The translations under genes and the position numbers were made by a program. Below, in pieces: positions 29,518 through 38,842 of a stretch of DNA of 64,000 nucleotides. The DNA comes from Spirochaetae bacterium HGW-Spirochaetae-1 (lineage in GTDB: Bacteria > Spirochaetota > UBA4802 > UBA5550). Within the stretch, counting starts at the first letter, position 1. Each line of letters starts with the position of its first letter. Under the pieces are notes generated by a model. That model was not told where the DNA came from. It ran no database searches and worked only from the letters and a program-made list of their open reading frames with translations. Where the stretch lies: positions 277,817-341,816 of the forward strand of contig PGXY01000004.1 in assembly GCA_002839375.1 (NCBI GenBank). Reading direction: 5' to 3'.

Positions 29518-30225
29518 TTATCTGTATGTTATGAGTTCCCTGTCTCCCGTCAGTTCAAGATGACACACATCATTGAAACTCATGAGAGAAAAGCGGTCCT
29601 CGGTGCATTTGAACCGGCTGACCGATGTATTGATGATCTGCCATGTGAGTCTCATGGACTCTTCATCGGAAATATGCAGAGCCATCATCACTGCCGCGGC
29701 AATTGGACCGCCCGAGGTGAAAACGGCGATATTTTTCCCCCGGCCGAAATGCTTCATAATTTCATTGATCCCGCTGTGAACGGCATCACGGAAACTCCGG
29801 TAAGGAAGAAGTTCCCCGGGGTGGTTCCCGGAAATCCAGCGCAGCATGGATAGCTCGAAAATTTTCTGAAAGGATGTTCTGCTGGTAAATAGACGGTCCA
29901 CATCATACTTCAGCGATGGGTCCTCGGTCAGGAGGAGGGGCACCAGGGTGGTGAGAACAGCTCTTGAATCATATTCATTGAAGGCATCGTTGAGATACAT
30001 GCGCGGAGCGTTCATACCCTTTTCACCACTGAGGCGCAGGATTTCACTGGCTGTTCCAATCTGTCTCTCCAGGGTCCCCGTATAGATAACGTCAAAGGCA
30101 ACTCCCGTATGCATGAAATGCTGTCCCAGCAGGGATGCCTGCATGATGCCCCGTTCGCTGAGACGGTCATAATTCTCTTTCCCGAAGGAGGCCTGCCCGT
30201 GCCGTATGAAGTACAGTGTACTCAT
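29518..30225 (-). CDS. Histidine phosphatase family protein
   Basis: RHGQASFG, FNEYD, FTSGGPI, FNDVCHL. Confidence 0.9.
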   Translation of the reverse strand: MSTLYFIRHGQASFGKENYDRLSERGIMQASLLGQHFMHTGVAFDVIYTGTLERQIGTASEILRLSGEKGMNAPRMYLNDAFNEYDSRAVLTTLVPLLLTEDPSLKYDVDRLFTSRTSFQKIFELSMLRWISGNHPGELLPYRSFRDAVHSGINEIMKHFGRGKNIAVFTSGGPIAAAVMMALHISDEESMRLTWQIINTSVSRFKCTEDRFSLMSFNDVCHLELTGDRELITYR

Positions 30226-30397
30226 AAGTAATTTTTTCCTCTATTTTGAACACATTGTCTAATATATACATGTTTAGGGCAGGTGAATATGCTTGTCAAG
30301 AAAAAATATAGCGAGCGTTCGTTTTTTTTCTTGCAATATTTCCAATCCCTTCTATATTTTGCTCACAGACGCAAGAAAAAAAAAGCGAGGTTTTTCA

Positions 30398-32548
30398 ATG
30401 ACACGATCCTTCCTGCATACATTAATGAATCCCAAATCCATTGCCACGGCAGGGGCCGGCAATAATGTTATGAAAATGGGGACCATGCATCTCCTGAGTA
30501 TTCTGAAAGACGGTTATAGCGGGAAGGTCTATCCGATACATCCCAATGATGAGATTGTGCTGGGTCAGAAAGCGTATAAATCACCGCTTGACCTGCCGGA
30601 AGCGCCGGAACTGGTCCTGTTTATCCTGCCCTCGAATCAGCTTCTGCCGGTTTTTGAGGATTTTGGGAAAAGGGGCACTAAATATGCCATCGTTATAACG
30701 GCAGGTTTCAGGGAAACGGGTTCCGAGGGCCGGGTACTGGAAAAAAAGCTTGTTGATATTGCCGACAAATACGGCATGCGTTTCATAGGGCCTAACTGCA
30801 TGGGGATTATCAACACTGAAATATCCCTCAATACCACGGTTGTTCCTCTTCAGTCGCCGCCGGGTCTCCTGGGATTTGCTTCCCAGAGTGGTACCTATGT
30901 GACGCAGTCCCTTCCCTATCTCGCGAAAAAGGGCATCCGTTTCAGTAAGGCCATCAGTGTGGGGAATCAGGCCAATGTGAATATCATAGATGCCCTGGAA
31001 TATCTCGGTGAAGATGAGCAGACCAGGGCTATATCGCTGTACATCGAGGCCTTGAGCGATGTGGACCGCTTTCTTGAAACGGCCCGGAGAATAACACAGC
31101 TTAAACCGGTCCTTGCTCAGTACATCGGCGGATCCGAGGCCGGGGCAAGATCGGGCTTAAGTCACACCGGAGCCATGGCGGGGCCCGATCATCTCTACGA
31201 CGGGTTATTCAGGCAAGCGGGAATAATCCGTGTTCATTCCATTGAGGATCTCTACGGCTTCGGATGGGCCCTGGCGACGCAGCCTCCACTCAGAGGAAAC
31301 CGTATCGGCATAGTTACCAATTCGGGCGGACCGGGTTCGGCCGTGGCCAATACCTGTGAGACAGCAGGCTTCAGCATACCTGCTTTCAGTGAGAACCTGC
31401 AGGAGCAGATCAAGCCTCTCATGCCGGCTCATGCCCCGGCGGGAAATCCAGTTGATCTTACCTTTGCCATGGATATAAATATTCTAGCCCATACTATACC
31501 GGAACTGGTCATGAAAAGCGGCGAGGTGGATGGTGTTGTTCTCCATGGGGCCATGTCCTCGGGGTTCATGAAGGTATTGTCGAAGAATCTCAAAACGGTT
31601 CTCGGCGACAAACCCGTCAATGATGTGGTAAAACTTTCGGAGAGCCGGGATCTCTCGGAGAATATGCAGCTTCCATTTAAATACGGCATTCCTTTGATAG
31701 TATCGTCGTTTTTTGACCGTGATGACCATTATACCGACTGTTTTATGGAAAATAATATTCCCGTCTACGAAGCACCTGAAAGGGCGGCTCTGGCCATGGG
31801 GATGCTTTTGAAGTATAAAAAAATCCGGGAGCGGAAGACGGGAAACGGCACTACCGCAGGGAATCCCTCCAGCGAAGCCCTGGAAATTATAAGGAAGGCT
31901 GTGAGCCAGAATCGGGTCGCCCTTGATGAATATGAGGCCAAGCGTCTTCTTACCTCCTACGGGATTCCCGTTTCCCGGGAGTTTCTGGCCGCCGGGGAAA
32001 AGGAACTGGCGGAAATCGGGGGAAAACTCAGCTTCCCCGTGGCCGTTAAGGTCTGTCATCATGAGATCATGCACAAGACCGAGCGGGGACTGGTCCATCT
32101 GGGAATAAAGGACAGCACAGGCATGATAGAGGCTTTCAGGAAGATACGGGCCGAGGCCGGTGAGGATGTTCCCGTCCTTGTGAGCGAGATGGTTCCGGGC
32201 AAGAGGGAGTTCCTGGCCGGTATACTGCGGGAGAAGAATTTCGGCACCTGGACCGCTTTTGGCGTGGGCGGTATTTTTACCGAGGCCCTGAAAGACGCGG
32301 TGTACCGCCTTTCTCCGCTTTCAGTCGAGGAGGCCCGGGAGATGATCGGCGATATCAGGCTCTCATCCCTCCTGGGTGATTTCAGGAAAATGGGTCCGGT
32401 TAATATTGATTCTCTGGCGGCAGTCCTGCAGCGCCTCAGTATGATACCGCTCATTCATCCCGAGATTCGGGAGATCGATATCAATCCCTTAATTATCTGC
32501 GGCAGCGAACCCGTGGTGGTCGATTCGCTCATCGTCCTGGGGAACTGA
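30398..32548 (+). CDS. Acetate/acyl-CoA ligase (ADP-forming), fused alpha-beta
   Basis: IGPNCMG, SQSG, SHTGAMAG, NPVDL, ATP-grasp HKTERGLV and DINPL. Confidence 0.88.
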   Translation: MTRSFLHTLMNPKSIATAGAGNNVMKMGTMHLLSILKDGYSGKVYPIHPNDEIVLGQKAYKSPLDLPEAPELVLFILPSNQLLPVFEDFGKRGTKYAIVITAGFRETGSEGRVLEKKLVDIADKYGMRFIGPNCMGIINTEISLNTTVVPLQSPPGLLGFASQSGTYVTQSLPYLAKKGIRFSKAISVGNQANVNIIDALEYLGEDEQTRAISLYIEALSDVDRFLETARRITQLKPVLAQYIGGSEAGARSGLSHTGAMAGPDHLYDGLFRQAGIIRVHSIEDLYGFGWALATQPPLRGNRIGIVTNSGGPGSAVANTCETAGFSIPAFSENLQEQIKPLMPAHAPAGNPVDLTFAMDINILAHTIPELVMKSGEVDGVVLHGAMSSGFMKVLSKNLKTVLGDKPVNDVVKLSESRDLSENMQLPFKYGIPLIVSSFFDRDDHYTDCFMENNIPVYEAPERAALAMGMLLKYKKIRERKTGNGTTAGNPSSEALEIIRKAVSQNRVALDEYEAKRLLTSYGIPVSREFLAAGEKELAEIGGKLSFPVAVKVCHHEIMHKTERGLVHLGIKDSTGMIEAFRKIRAEAGEDVPVLVSEMVPGKREFLAGILREKNFGTWTAFGVGGIFTEALKDAVYRLSPLSVEEAREMIGDIRLSSLLGDFRKMGPVNIDSLAAVLQRLSMIPLIHPEIREIDINPLIICGSEPVVVDSLIVLGN

Positions 32549-33321
32549 TGAAGATACTGGTGTGCATAAAACAGGTCCGCGATGACACATCGCCGATTAT
32601 GATCGGTTCGGAAGGAAAGGATTACCTGGACGACGGGAACACGGTTTTCAGGATGAACCGGCTCGATGAATACGCCCTGGAAGAGGCAATCCTTATCCGT
32701 GAGAAAAATAAGGGAATCGTGGTTGATGCCGTATCCGTGGGACCGGACAGGGCCAGGGCCGTTGTCCGGAAAGCCCTGGAAAAGGGTGCCGATAATGGCT
32801 TTCATATTGTAACAGGGGAAGCTGCATATGCCCCTCCCCTAGTCACGGCTGCACTCCTGGCGTCCTTTGCACGGTCTGGGGATTACGATCTTATTCTTAC
32901 GGGCGTCATGTCCGAGGACGATATGAACGGCCAGACCGGTTCAATGCTGGCCGGATTCCTGGGGCTGCCCTGCGCGGTTTCGGTTATAGAGGAAGAGATC
33001 AACGGAAACGCCTTTATTGATGTTACTTCAGAACTGGAGGGCGGTATGCGGGAGCAGGCCGTCATATCCATGCCCTGCGTGCTCACCATCCAGTCAGGAA
33101 TAAACCGGCCCCGGTACCCGTCCCTCTCCAATGTCCTGCGGGCAAAAACCCAGGAAATTATTACCAGGGACGGAACAGAGCAGGCTGAGCAGGACGGGGG
33201 AATGGCACAGGTCACACTCTCCTATCCGGTAAAAACGGGCCGCGGAATTATCCTGGACGGTACGCCCGAAGAAAAGGCGATTCAACTCCTGGATATTCTT
33301 CATGAGAAGGCCCTGGTATAG
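32548..33321 (+). CDS. etfB: Electron transfer flavoprotein beta subunit
   Basis: MKILVCIKQV, DEYALEEA, N.PRYPSL. Confidence 0.92.
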   Translation: MKILVCIKQVRDDTSPIMIGSEGKDYLDDGNTVFRMNRLDEYALEEAILIREKNKGIVVDAVSVGPDRARAVVRKALEKGADNGFHIVTGEAAYAPPLVTAALLASFARSGDYDLILTGVMSEDDMNGQTGSMLAGFLGLPCAVSVIEEEINGNAFIDVTSELEGGMREQAVISMPCVLTIQSGINRPRYPSLSNVLRAKTQEIITRDGTEQAEQDGGMAQVTLSYPVKTGRGIILDGTPEEKAIQLLDILHEKALV

Positions 33322-33326
33322 AAGCA

Positions 33327-34331
33327 ATGGAAATGGACGGAAAAAGTACTATCAGATATCTCCTGGTCATCGAGACCCTGGAAGGAAAGATAAACCGCGA
33401 GAGCCTGGAGACCCTGGGCTTCGCTCTTTCCTTTCACAATACGATCGATAACTGCGTCCTGGTCATTGCCGGCGAGGGAATTACGCAAACAGCCGGATCC
33501 CTGGCAGCGGCCTGGGGACTCGATGTCGTTGTATTCGATGACCCGGCATTCCGCTATCCCAACGGAGACCTGCTGGCCGCGGCACTCGTTGAGACCATAA
33601 AGAAATATAATGCCGGGAGCGTTGTTCTGCTCCATACGATTACCGGTGTCCATGCCGCTTCACGGGCAGCCGCTACGGCGGGCATGGCCTGTATAACTGC
33701 CGTGGAATCAGTGACCCGGGAAGGAGAATCGACGGTATTTCAGCGGTGCCTGCAGTACGGGAAAATCAGGGCATCGATAATGCTTCAAAGTGATAGGTGT
33801 ATCCTGACCATACTTGCCGGTTCATTTACAGCTCCTGAGCCGGGAGATTTTCGAAAAACGCCGGGGACTGTCTATGATGATAAAATCGGGCGCAGTGCGT
33901 CTTATTCACCCCGGAGTATTGAACGGGCCGAGAGCAGCCGGTCCCTGGATGAGGCGGAAGTCATCGTGTCCGCGGGCAGGGGAATCGGAAAAGAAGAAAA
34001 CCTGGAGATGATCCGTGACGTGGCGAAGATATTTTCCCGGTCTGCCGTGGGTTCGTCGCGTCCCCTCTGCGACCTGGGTTGGCTTCCCTACGGGCAACAG
34101 GTGGGCTCGACGGGAAAAACCGTATCGCCGAAGCTGTATCTGGCCTGCGGTATCTCAGGAGCCAGTCAGCACCTGGCCGGCATGAAGAGCTCGCAGATCA
34201 TTGTGGCCGTGAACCGTGACCCTAATGCCGCAATATTTTCCTTAGCGGATTACGGCGTGGTGGAGGATTTGACGGTTTTTCTCCCCCTCCTGGCGGAGAA
34301 GTACCGGGACGGAAAGTGGTTGAAGAAGTAA
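33327..34331 (+). CDS. etfA: Electron transfer flavoprotein alpha subunit
   Basis: VSAGRG, QVGSTGKTVSPKLYLACGISGASQHLAGM. Confidence 0.92.
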   Translation: MEMDGKSTIRYLLVIETLEGKINRESLETLGFALSFHNTIDNCVLVIAGEGITQTAGSLAAAWGLDVVVFDDPAFRYPNGDLLAAALVETIKKYNAGSVVLLHTITGVHAASRAAATAGMACITAVESVTREGESTVFQRCLQYGKIRASIMLQSDRCILTILAGSFTAPEPGDFRKTPGTVYDDKIGRSASYSPRSIERAESSRSLDEAEVIVSAGRGIGKEENLEMIRDVAKIFSRSAVGSSRPLCDLGWLPYGQQVGSTGKTVSPKLYLACGISGASQHLAGMKSSQIIVAVNRDPNAAIFSLADYGVVEDLTVFLPLLAEKYRDGKWLKK

Positions 34332-34395
34332 GAAGGGGCATGGATAAACGCCATATCAGTACGATTCTGATCATAAAAAACATGAGGTTGAAGGA

Positions 34396-35211
34396 ATGAA
34401 ATCAATGGAGGAAAAAACAGCCGTGATTACCGGCGCGGCATCGGGAATCGGCAGAGCCCTGGCCGTACAGCTTGCGGCTGAAGGATGTGCCCTGGCCATA
34501 GCCGATGTGAACGATAAGGGCCTGAAAGAGACTGCCGACCTGGTGAAGGGTGCCGGTGTAGATGTCATGACGGCTAAGCTCGATGTGTCCGTTGAAAAGG
34601 ATGTGAATAAATTTGCCGCCGCCGTGATGAAGCGCTTCGGCTCCGTGGATATCGTCATCAATAATGCCGGTGTCAATCATAACGGCAACATGATGGACGC
34701 CTCAATTGAGGATTTTGAGTGGATTTTCAGCATTAACTTCTGGGGTGTTGTGTACGGCACAAGGGCCTTCCTGCCCCATCTTGTAAAGCGTTCTGAAGCG
34801 AGCCTCGTCAATATATCCAGTCTCTTTGGTCTGCTGAGTGTTCGGAAGCAATCGGCCTATTGCGCCACAAAGTTTGCTGTCCGGGGTTTTACCGAGGCCC
34901 TGCGCCAGGAGCTGAGAGCCACGGGTGTTGCCGTAACCTGTGTGCATCCCGGAGGGATAAAGACTAATATTGCCCATACGGCCCGCATATCAACGGCAGG
35001 AGGGCGCGGTTCAAAACAGGACCAGGAAAAGCTGATAAAGCTTTTTGACAGGGTGGCAGCCACGAGTCCTGAAGAGGCGGCACGTGTCATTATCGACGGC
35101 ATTAAAAAGAAAAGTACCCGGGTTCTCATAGGGAAAGACGCGAAGCTCGGTTCCCTGGTTCTGCGCCTTTTCCCCGCTATCTATGACAGGGTGTTGGAAA
35201 AGATATTGTAA
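34396..35211 (+). CDS. SDR oxidoreductase
   Basis: TGAASGIG, NNAG, YCATK. Confidence 0.9.
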   Translation: MKSMEEKTAVITGAASGIGRALAVQLAAEGCALAIADVNDKGLKETADLVKGAGVDVMTAKLDVSVEKDVNKFAAAVMKRFGSVDIVINNAGVNHNGNMMDASIEDFEWIFSINFWGVVYGTRAFLPHLVKRSEASLVNISSLFGLLSVRKQSAYCATKFAVRGFTEALRQELRATGVAVTCVHPGGIKTNIAHTARISTAGGRGSKQDQEKLIKLFDRVAATSPEEAARVIIDGIKKKSTRVLIGKDAKLGSLVLRLFPAIYDRVLEKIL

Positions 35212-35247
35212 AAGATCACGCCGGGCGGCTATTCTATCGGTGTGTTT

Positions 35248-35868
35248 TCAGTTATTTTCCTGAACGATATAGAGTTTTTCCGACCGGAACATCTGCACGG
35301 GAGCAATGACTGTTTCATTATAGGGAATAGACGCACCGTAGCGTTTTTTCATGAGCTGCCGGACTTTTGGATGTGTCAGGTCAAAATCCCTGAGTTTCTG
35401 CAGTTCCCCAACCTCGATATGGGCGGCGCGCTTATAGACTTTCCACACGAGTTCGGAACAGTATATGCGCGCGTCGCTCCAGAGAAAGGCGCTGTCATAA
35501 TTTTTCCCCAGGAAACCTGTCGCTATTCCTTTCATCTTTCGTATCACCTGGGGGGTCAGAGCCTCATCCCTGTTTTTAAGACGTTTTATTACAAAATGTC
35601 CGTTGAGGCCCCGGCTTGTGAACTGGCGGAGCGGGGTTATCTTCACGGGTTGAACCGCCTCATAGACATAAGAATCCTTTCCCTTTTTAAATATGATGCC
35701 CATGTGTGTGTATCGTGATTTTGTCGCCAGCTTTAATTCCTCGCCCTGGAGGGATTGTGATTCCTGGAAGATAATATCGCCGTCGAGCAGTACGGGTTTT
35801 TTCCCGCTTATGCATGTTGAGGATAAAAAGAAAAATATCATGATGAAAGAGAGGGCTTTTTTGTTCAT
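35248..35868 (-). CDS. YiiX/YebB-like permuted papain-like (NlpC/P60) enzyme
   Basis: GDIIFQES, YTHMGI, YEAVQPV, YCSELVWK; signal-like N-terminus. Confidence 0.88.
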   Translation of the reverse strand: MNKKALSFIMIFFFLSSTCISGKKPVLLDGDIIFQESQSLQGEELKLATKSRYTHMGIIFKKGKDSYVYEAVQPVKITPLRQFTSRGLNGHFVIKRLKNRDEALTPQVIRKMKGIATGFLGKNYDSAFLWSDARIYCSELVWKVYKRAAHIEVGELQKLRDFDLTHPKVRQLMKKRYGASIPYNETVIAPVQMFRSEKLYIVQENN

Positions 35869-36065
35869 GGGATACTTCCTGAATTTTTGCAATATCATCT
35901 GATGACCTGAGTATTCCCATATGGTATGGCACGCCTTTCATTTTTCAATACATTTTTGCCTTGATCCATTTATTGAATCACTCTCAATAATTGTCTTGCT
36001 TTTATGGATTATACCGGTGATCCTTTCTGCCGTATCGACGCGAGGAAACTGAAGAGGAAACTGAA

Positions 36066-37481
36066 ATGAACAATAATAAAACAAAAAGCCCCTTTATAAG
36101 CGATCTCCGCGATCTTGATCCGCGCGTTCATATCACTTTCTGGCTGGTAACCCTCATTATGGTCCTTCTTCTCAGCCAGCAGAATCTCGATTCACCCAAC
36201 CTGACGCAGATAGGCAAAAGCTTCGGCCTCGATCCCGGTAATATACGATTGTTCATCGGGGGTAAGGCCTACCTGGGAACAACTATCGTATCGTCCATTG
36301 CTCTTATCATCTTCGGCTATCTCACGGACAAGGTGAACCGAAAGACGCTGCTGGTCATCTCGGCTGCCATAAGCGGCGCAGCATACCTGGTCGCTCCCTT
36401 TGCCGTTACCGTGGATCAGTATATCATCATGCGGTCCGCTGCCGGTGTAGGTATCGGCGGAATCGTGCCGGTCATGTTTTCCATAACGGGGGATATATTC
36501 ACGGAGCGGAGCCGGGCGGCTGCATCGGGCGTCATCATGGTGATAATCAATATGGGCATCGGATTCGGATTTGTGCTGGGAAGCGTGGCAGGACCGGAAA
36601 ACATGCTGGGCTGGCGCGGATCTTTTTTTCTCCAGAGCATTCTTTTACTCTGCGTGGTGGCACTGTTCCTGGCATACGGCAGATTTCCCCTGCGCGGCCA
36701 TGCGGAAAAGAGCCTTCATGACAGGCTGGCAGAAGGTAAAAGGGAATATAAGGAGCGAATCAAGCTTTCGGACGTAAAAAACATTCTGACGAATCCCACC
36801 AATCTGGTTTTCATTTTTGCCAGTTTCTTTGCCACTTTTTCCGGCGGCTTTGTGCAGCGCTTCATGGTGGATGCCTATGCCACGCATGGGGGCATATCGG
36901 AAATGGCCGCGGCCCTTTTTCTCATGCTGGTCCTTTCGGGTACCATCATCGGCGATATGCTGGGGGGATTTTTCGGTGATTTTCTCAGAAAGAAGAACAG
37001 GGTCTATCCAATATATTTCGCCCTTACCGTGCCTGTTGCGGGGACCTTTCTCCTGTTTCTCTTTTTTTCACTTCCTCTGACCGGGGGCTTTGCCTTCCCA
37101 CAGGTCCTTCTGCCTGTGTTGATCGGTTTTACCGGTGCCGCCCTTATCGAGGTGCATATCCCCATTCAGAAAGCGATGATGCTGAATGTTAATGTTCCCG
37201 AGAACCGCGGCACCATTTCAGCCATTATTCAGACCAGCGCACAGATGGGATTCGGCGCCGGCGCATACCTGATTTCCCTCATGGGTGTACGCGTAGCCGC
37301 TCTGTTGAACAGGGAACACACTCCTTTTTTTGATTTTCAGTTTGCCGCGCTTCTGTGGCTTATCCCCATCCTGTCCTGGGCATTCATCATATTTACGGGA
37401 AGACGCGACGAGGATCGCGCCGCAGCCCTTATCGGGGAAAGGGCGAAGAAACTGGAAGGCAACGATAGTGATCAAACCTGA
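36066..37481 (+). CDS. MFS transporter (spinster-like)
   Basis: GYLTDKVNRK and NVPENRGT motifs; about 12 TM helices. Confidence 0.85.
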   Translation: MNNNKTKSPFISDLRDLDPRVHITFWLVTLIMVLLLSQQNLDSPNLTQIGKSFGLDPGNIRLFIGGKAYLGTTIVSSIALIIFGYLTDKVNRKTLLVISAAISGAAYLVAPFAVTVDQYIIMRSAAGVGIGGIVPVMFSITGDIFTERSRAAASGVIMVIINMGIGFGFVLGSVAGPENMLGWRGSFFLQSILLLCVVALFLAYGRFPLRGHAEKSLHDRLAEGKREYKERIKLSDVKNILTNPTNLVFIFASFFATFSGGFVQRFMVDAYATHGGISEMAAALFLMLVLSGTIIGDMLGGFFGDFLRKKNRVYPIYFALTVPVAGTFLLFLFFSLPLTGGFAFPQVLLPVLIGFTGAALIEVHIPIQKAMMLNVNVPENRGTISAIIQTSAQMGFGAGAYLISLMGVRVAALLNREHTPFFDFQFAALLWLIPILSWAFIIFTGRRDEDRAAALIGERAKKLEGNDSDQT

Positions 37482-37558
37482 TTTAGTATTGACAGACATT
37501 CCGGTAGTAATAAAAAGACATTCATTTATTTATTGTTGTTCACGAAAGAGGTGATGAA

Positions 37559-38200
37559 GTGATAGGGGAATTTTTTGGAAATATAATCGGATGGTACATG
37601 AGCAATATCAACTACGGAACAGTGATTTTCCTCATGGCCGTAGAGAGCTCCTTCATCCCTTTTCCATCCGAGGTTGTGATTCCCCCGGCAGGATGGAAGG
37701 CGGCCCAGGGAGAGATGAACCTCCTCCTTGTCATTGTTGCCGGCACTGTGGGAAGCATGATCGGCGCTCTTTTTAACTATTACCTGGCCATACTGGCCGG
37801 GAGAAAAATCATCTATGCCTTTGTCGACACAAGACTTGCCCGGGCTCTCATGCTCAGCCGCGAGGGCGTGGAAAAGGCGGAGTTGTTTTTTAACCGGTAT
37901 GGGAATATCTCCACGTTCACGGCGCGTCTGATTCCGGCAGTAAGACAGCTCATATCCATCCCGGCCGGTCTTGCCCGCATGCCCCTGAAGAACTTTCTTC
38001 TGTATACCCTGGCCGGTTCCCTGACGTGGAACATCATTCTCGGTCTTATGGGATATTTCCTTTACTCACAAAAGGAATTGCTTGAGGAGTATTATCGCGA
38101 ACTGACCTATGCCGGCATATTCCTCGCGCTGGCTGTCAGCGCATATATATTATGGTCCGCAATGAGGAAAAAATCCGGAAATAACAGTACGGCAGATTAA
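37559..38200 (+). CDS. DedA family protein
   Basis: ESSFIPFPSE, RLIPAVRQLISIPAG. Confidence 0.92.
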   Translation: MIGEFFGNIIGWYMSNINYGTVIFLMAVESSFIPFPSEVVIPPAGWKAAQGEMNLLLVIVAGTVGSMIGALFNYYLAILAGRKIIYAFVDTRLARALMLSREGVEKAELFFNRYGNISTFTARLIPAVRQLISIPAGLARMPLKNFLLYTLAGSLTWNIILGLMGYFLYSQKELLEEYYRELTYAGIFLALAVSAYILWSAMRKKSGNNSTAD

Positions 38201-38316
38201 AAGGCCGCATCACCTGAAATATTTTATTATTATTGAAGGAAAACTGAAACAAATCGAGATGACTTATTAACAAATACAATGGTAATGCCGTAAAGGTATT
38301 CGATAAAGATCATACT

Positions 38317-38649
38317 ATGATACATTATAGACGGAAGTCATTAACGCTGCTTTTTTCGCTGCTTATCGCCTGTTCAATTTCGGCGGTTCAGAGGGCCTAT
38401 GCTGACAGCCCGCGTGATTCAGCGTCATCCCTGGGTGAAATTCAATACGATGAATATTCAGTTTTCAAAAAGGTTGACTCATCATCTTTCAGCTTCAAGC
38501 CCAGGGTCTTACAATCAGCCGGCCTTTTCCCCAGTCCATTTTATATCGGTAATTCCAATCATGCCGTCTTTAAAAAACGTATATTTCAATACTATCAGAA
38601 CGCACAGCATAAAAAATTCGTAATCCGCTCCAAGGGAACATTCTTCTAA
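38317..38649 (+). CDS. Small signal-peptide-bearing ORF upstream of secA
   Basis: 110 aa; basic n-region, hydrophobic h-region, AYA cleavage-like site; weak RBS. Confidence 0.45.
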   Translation: MIHYRRKSLTLLFSLLIACSISAVQRAYADSPRDSASSLGEIQYDEYSVFKKVDSSSFSFKPRVLQSAGLFPSPFYIGNSNHAVFKKRIFQYYQNAQHKKFVIRSKGTFF

Positions 38650-38842
38650 CCACCTCCCTCACATAACAGCATTTTGCTGAACCAGTGTCATTTATTTTCT
38701 GCCGGCAGCGGCACATGAAGCTTTATATAATGACCGGTTCATGCCCTTTTCAGTACTGTTTTGTTGGAAAGGCCGATCGCTGAAATTGTATAGCCGCGGC
38801 CCTTCAATTGACGGAAATATCAAACATATGAGGAAGAATGCC

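Noticed and set aside
27889..29853. 654-aa plus-strand ORF
   Set aside because: Antisense shadow of the acyl-CoA dehydrogenase, TetR and phosphatase genes; no recognisable motifs
35551..35565. GGGTCAGAGC matches inside coding regions (also near 8565, 24180 and 25870)
   Set aside because: They lie within intact ORFs, most are explained by Ala-Leu-Thr codons, and they lack the extended flanks shared with the RAYT ends
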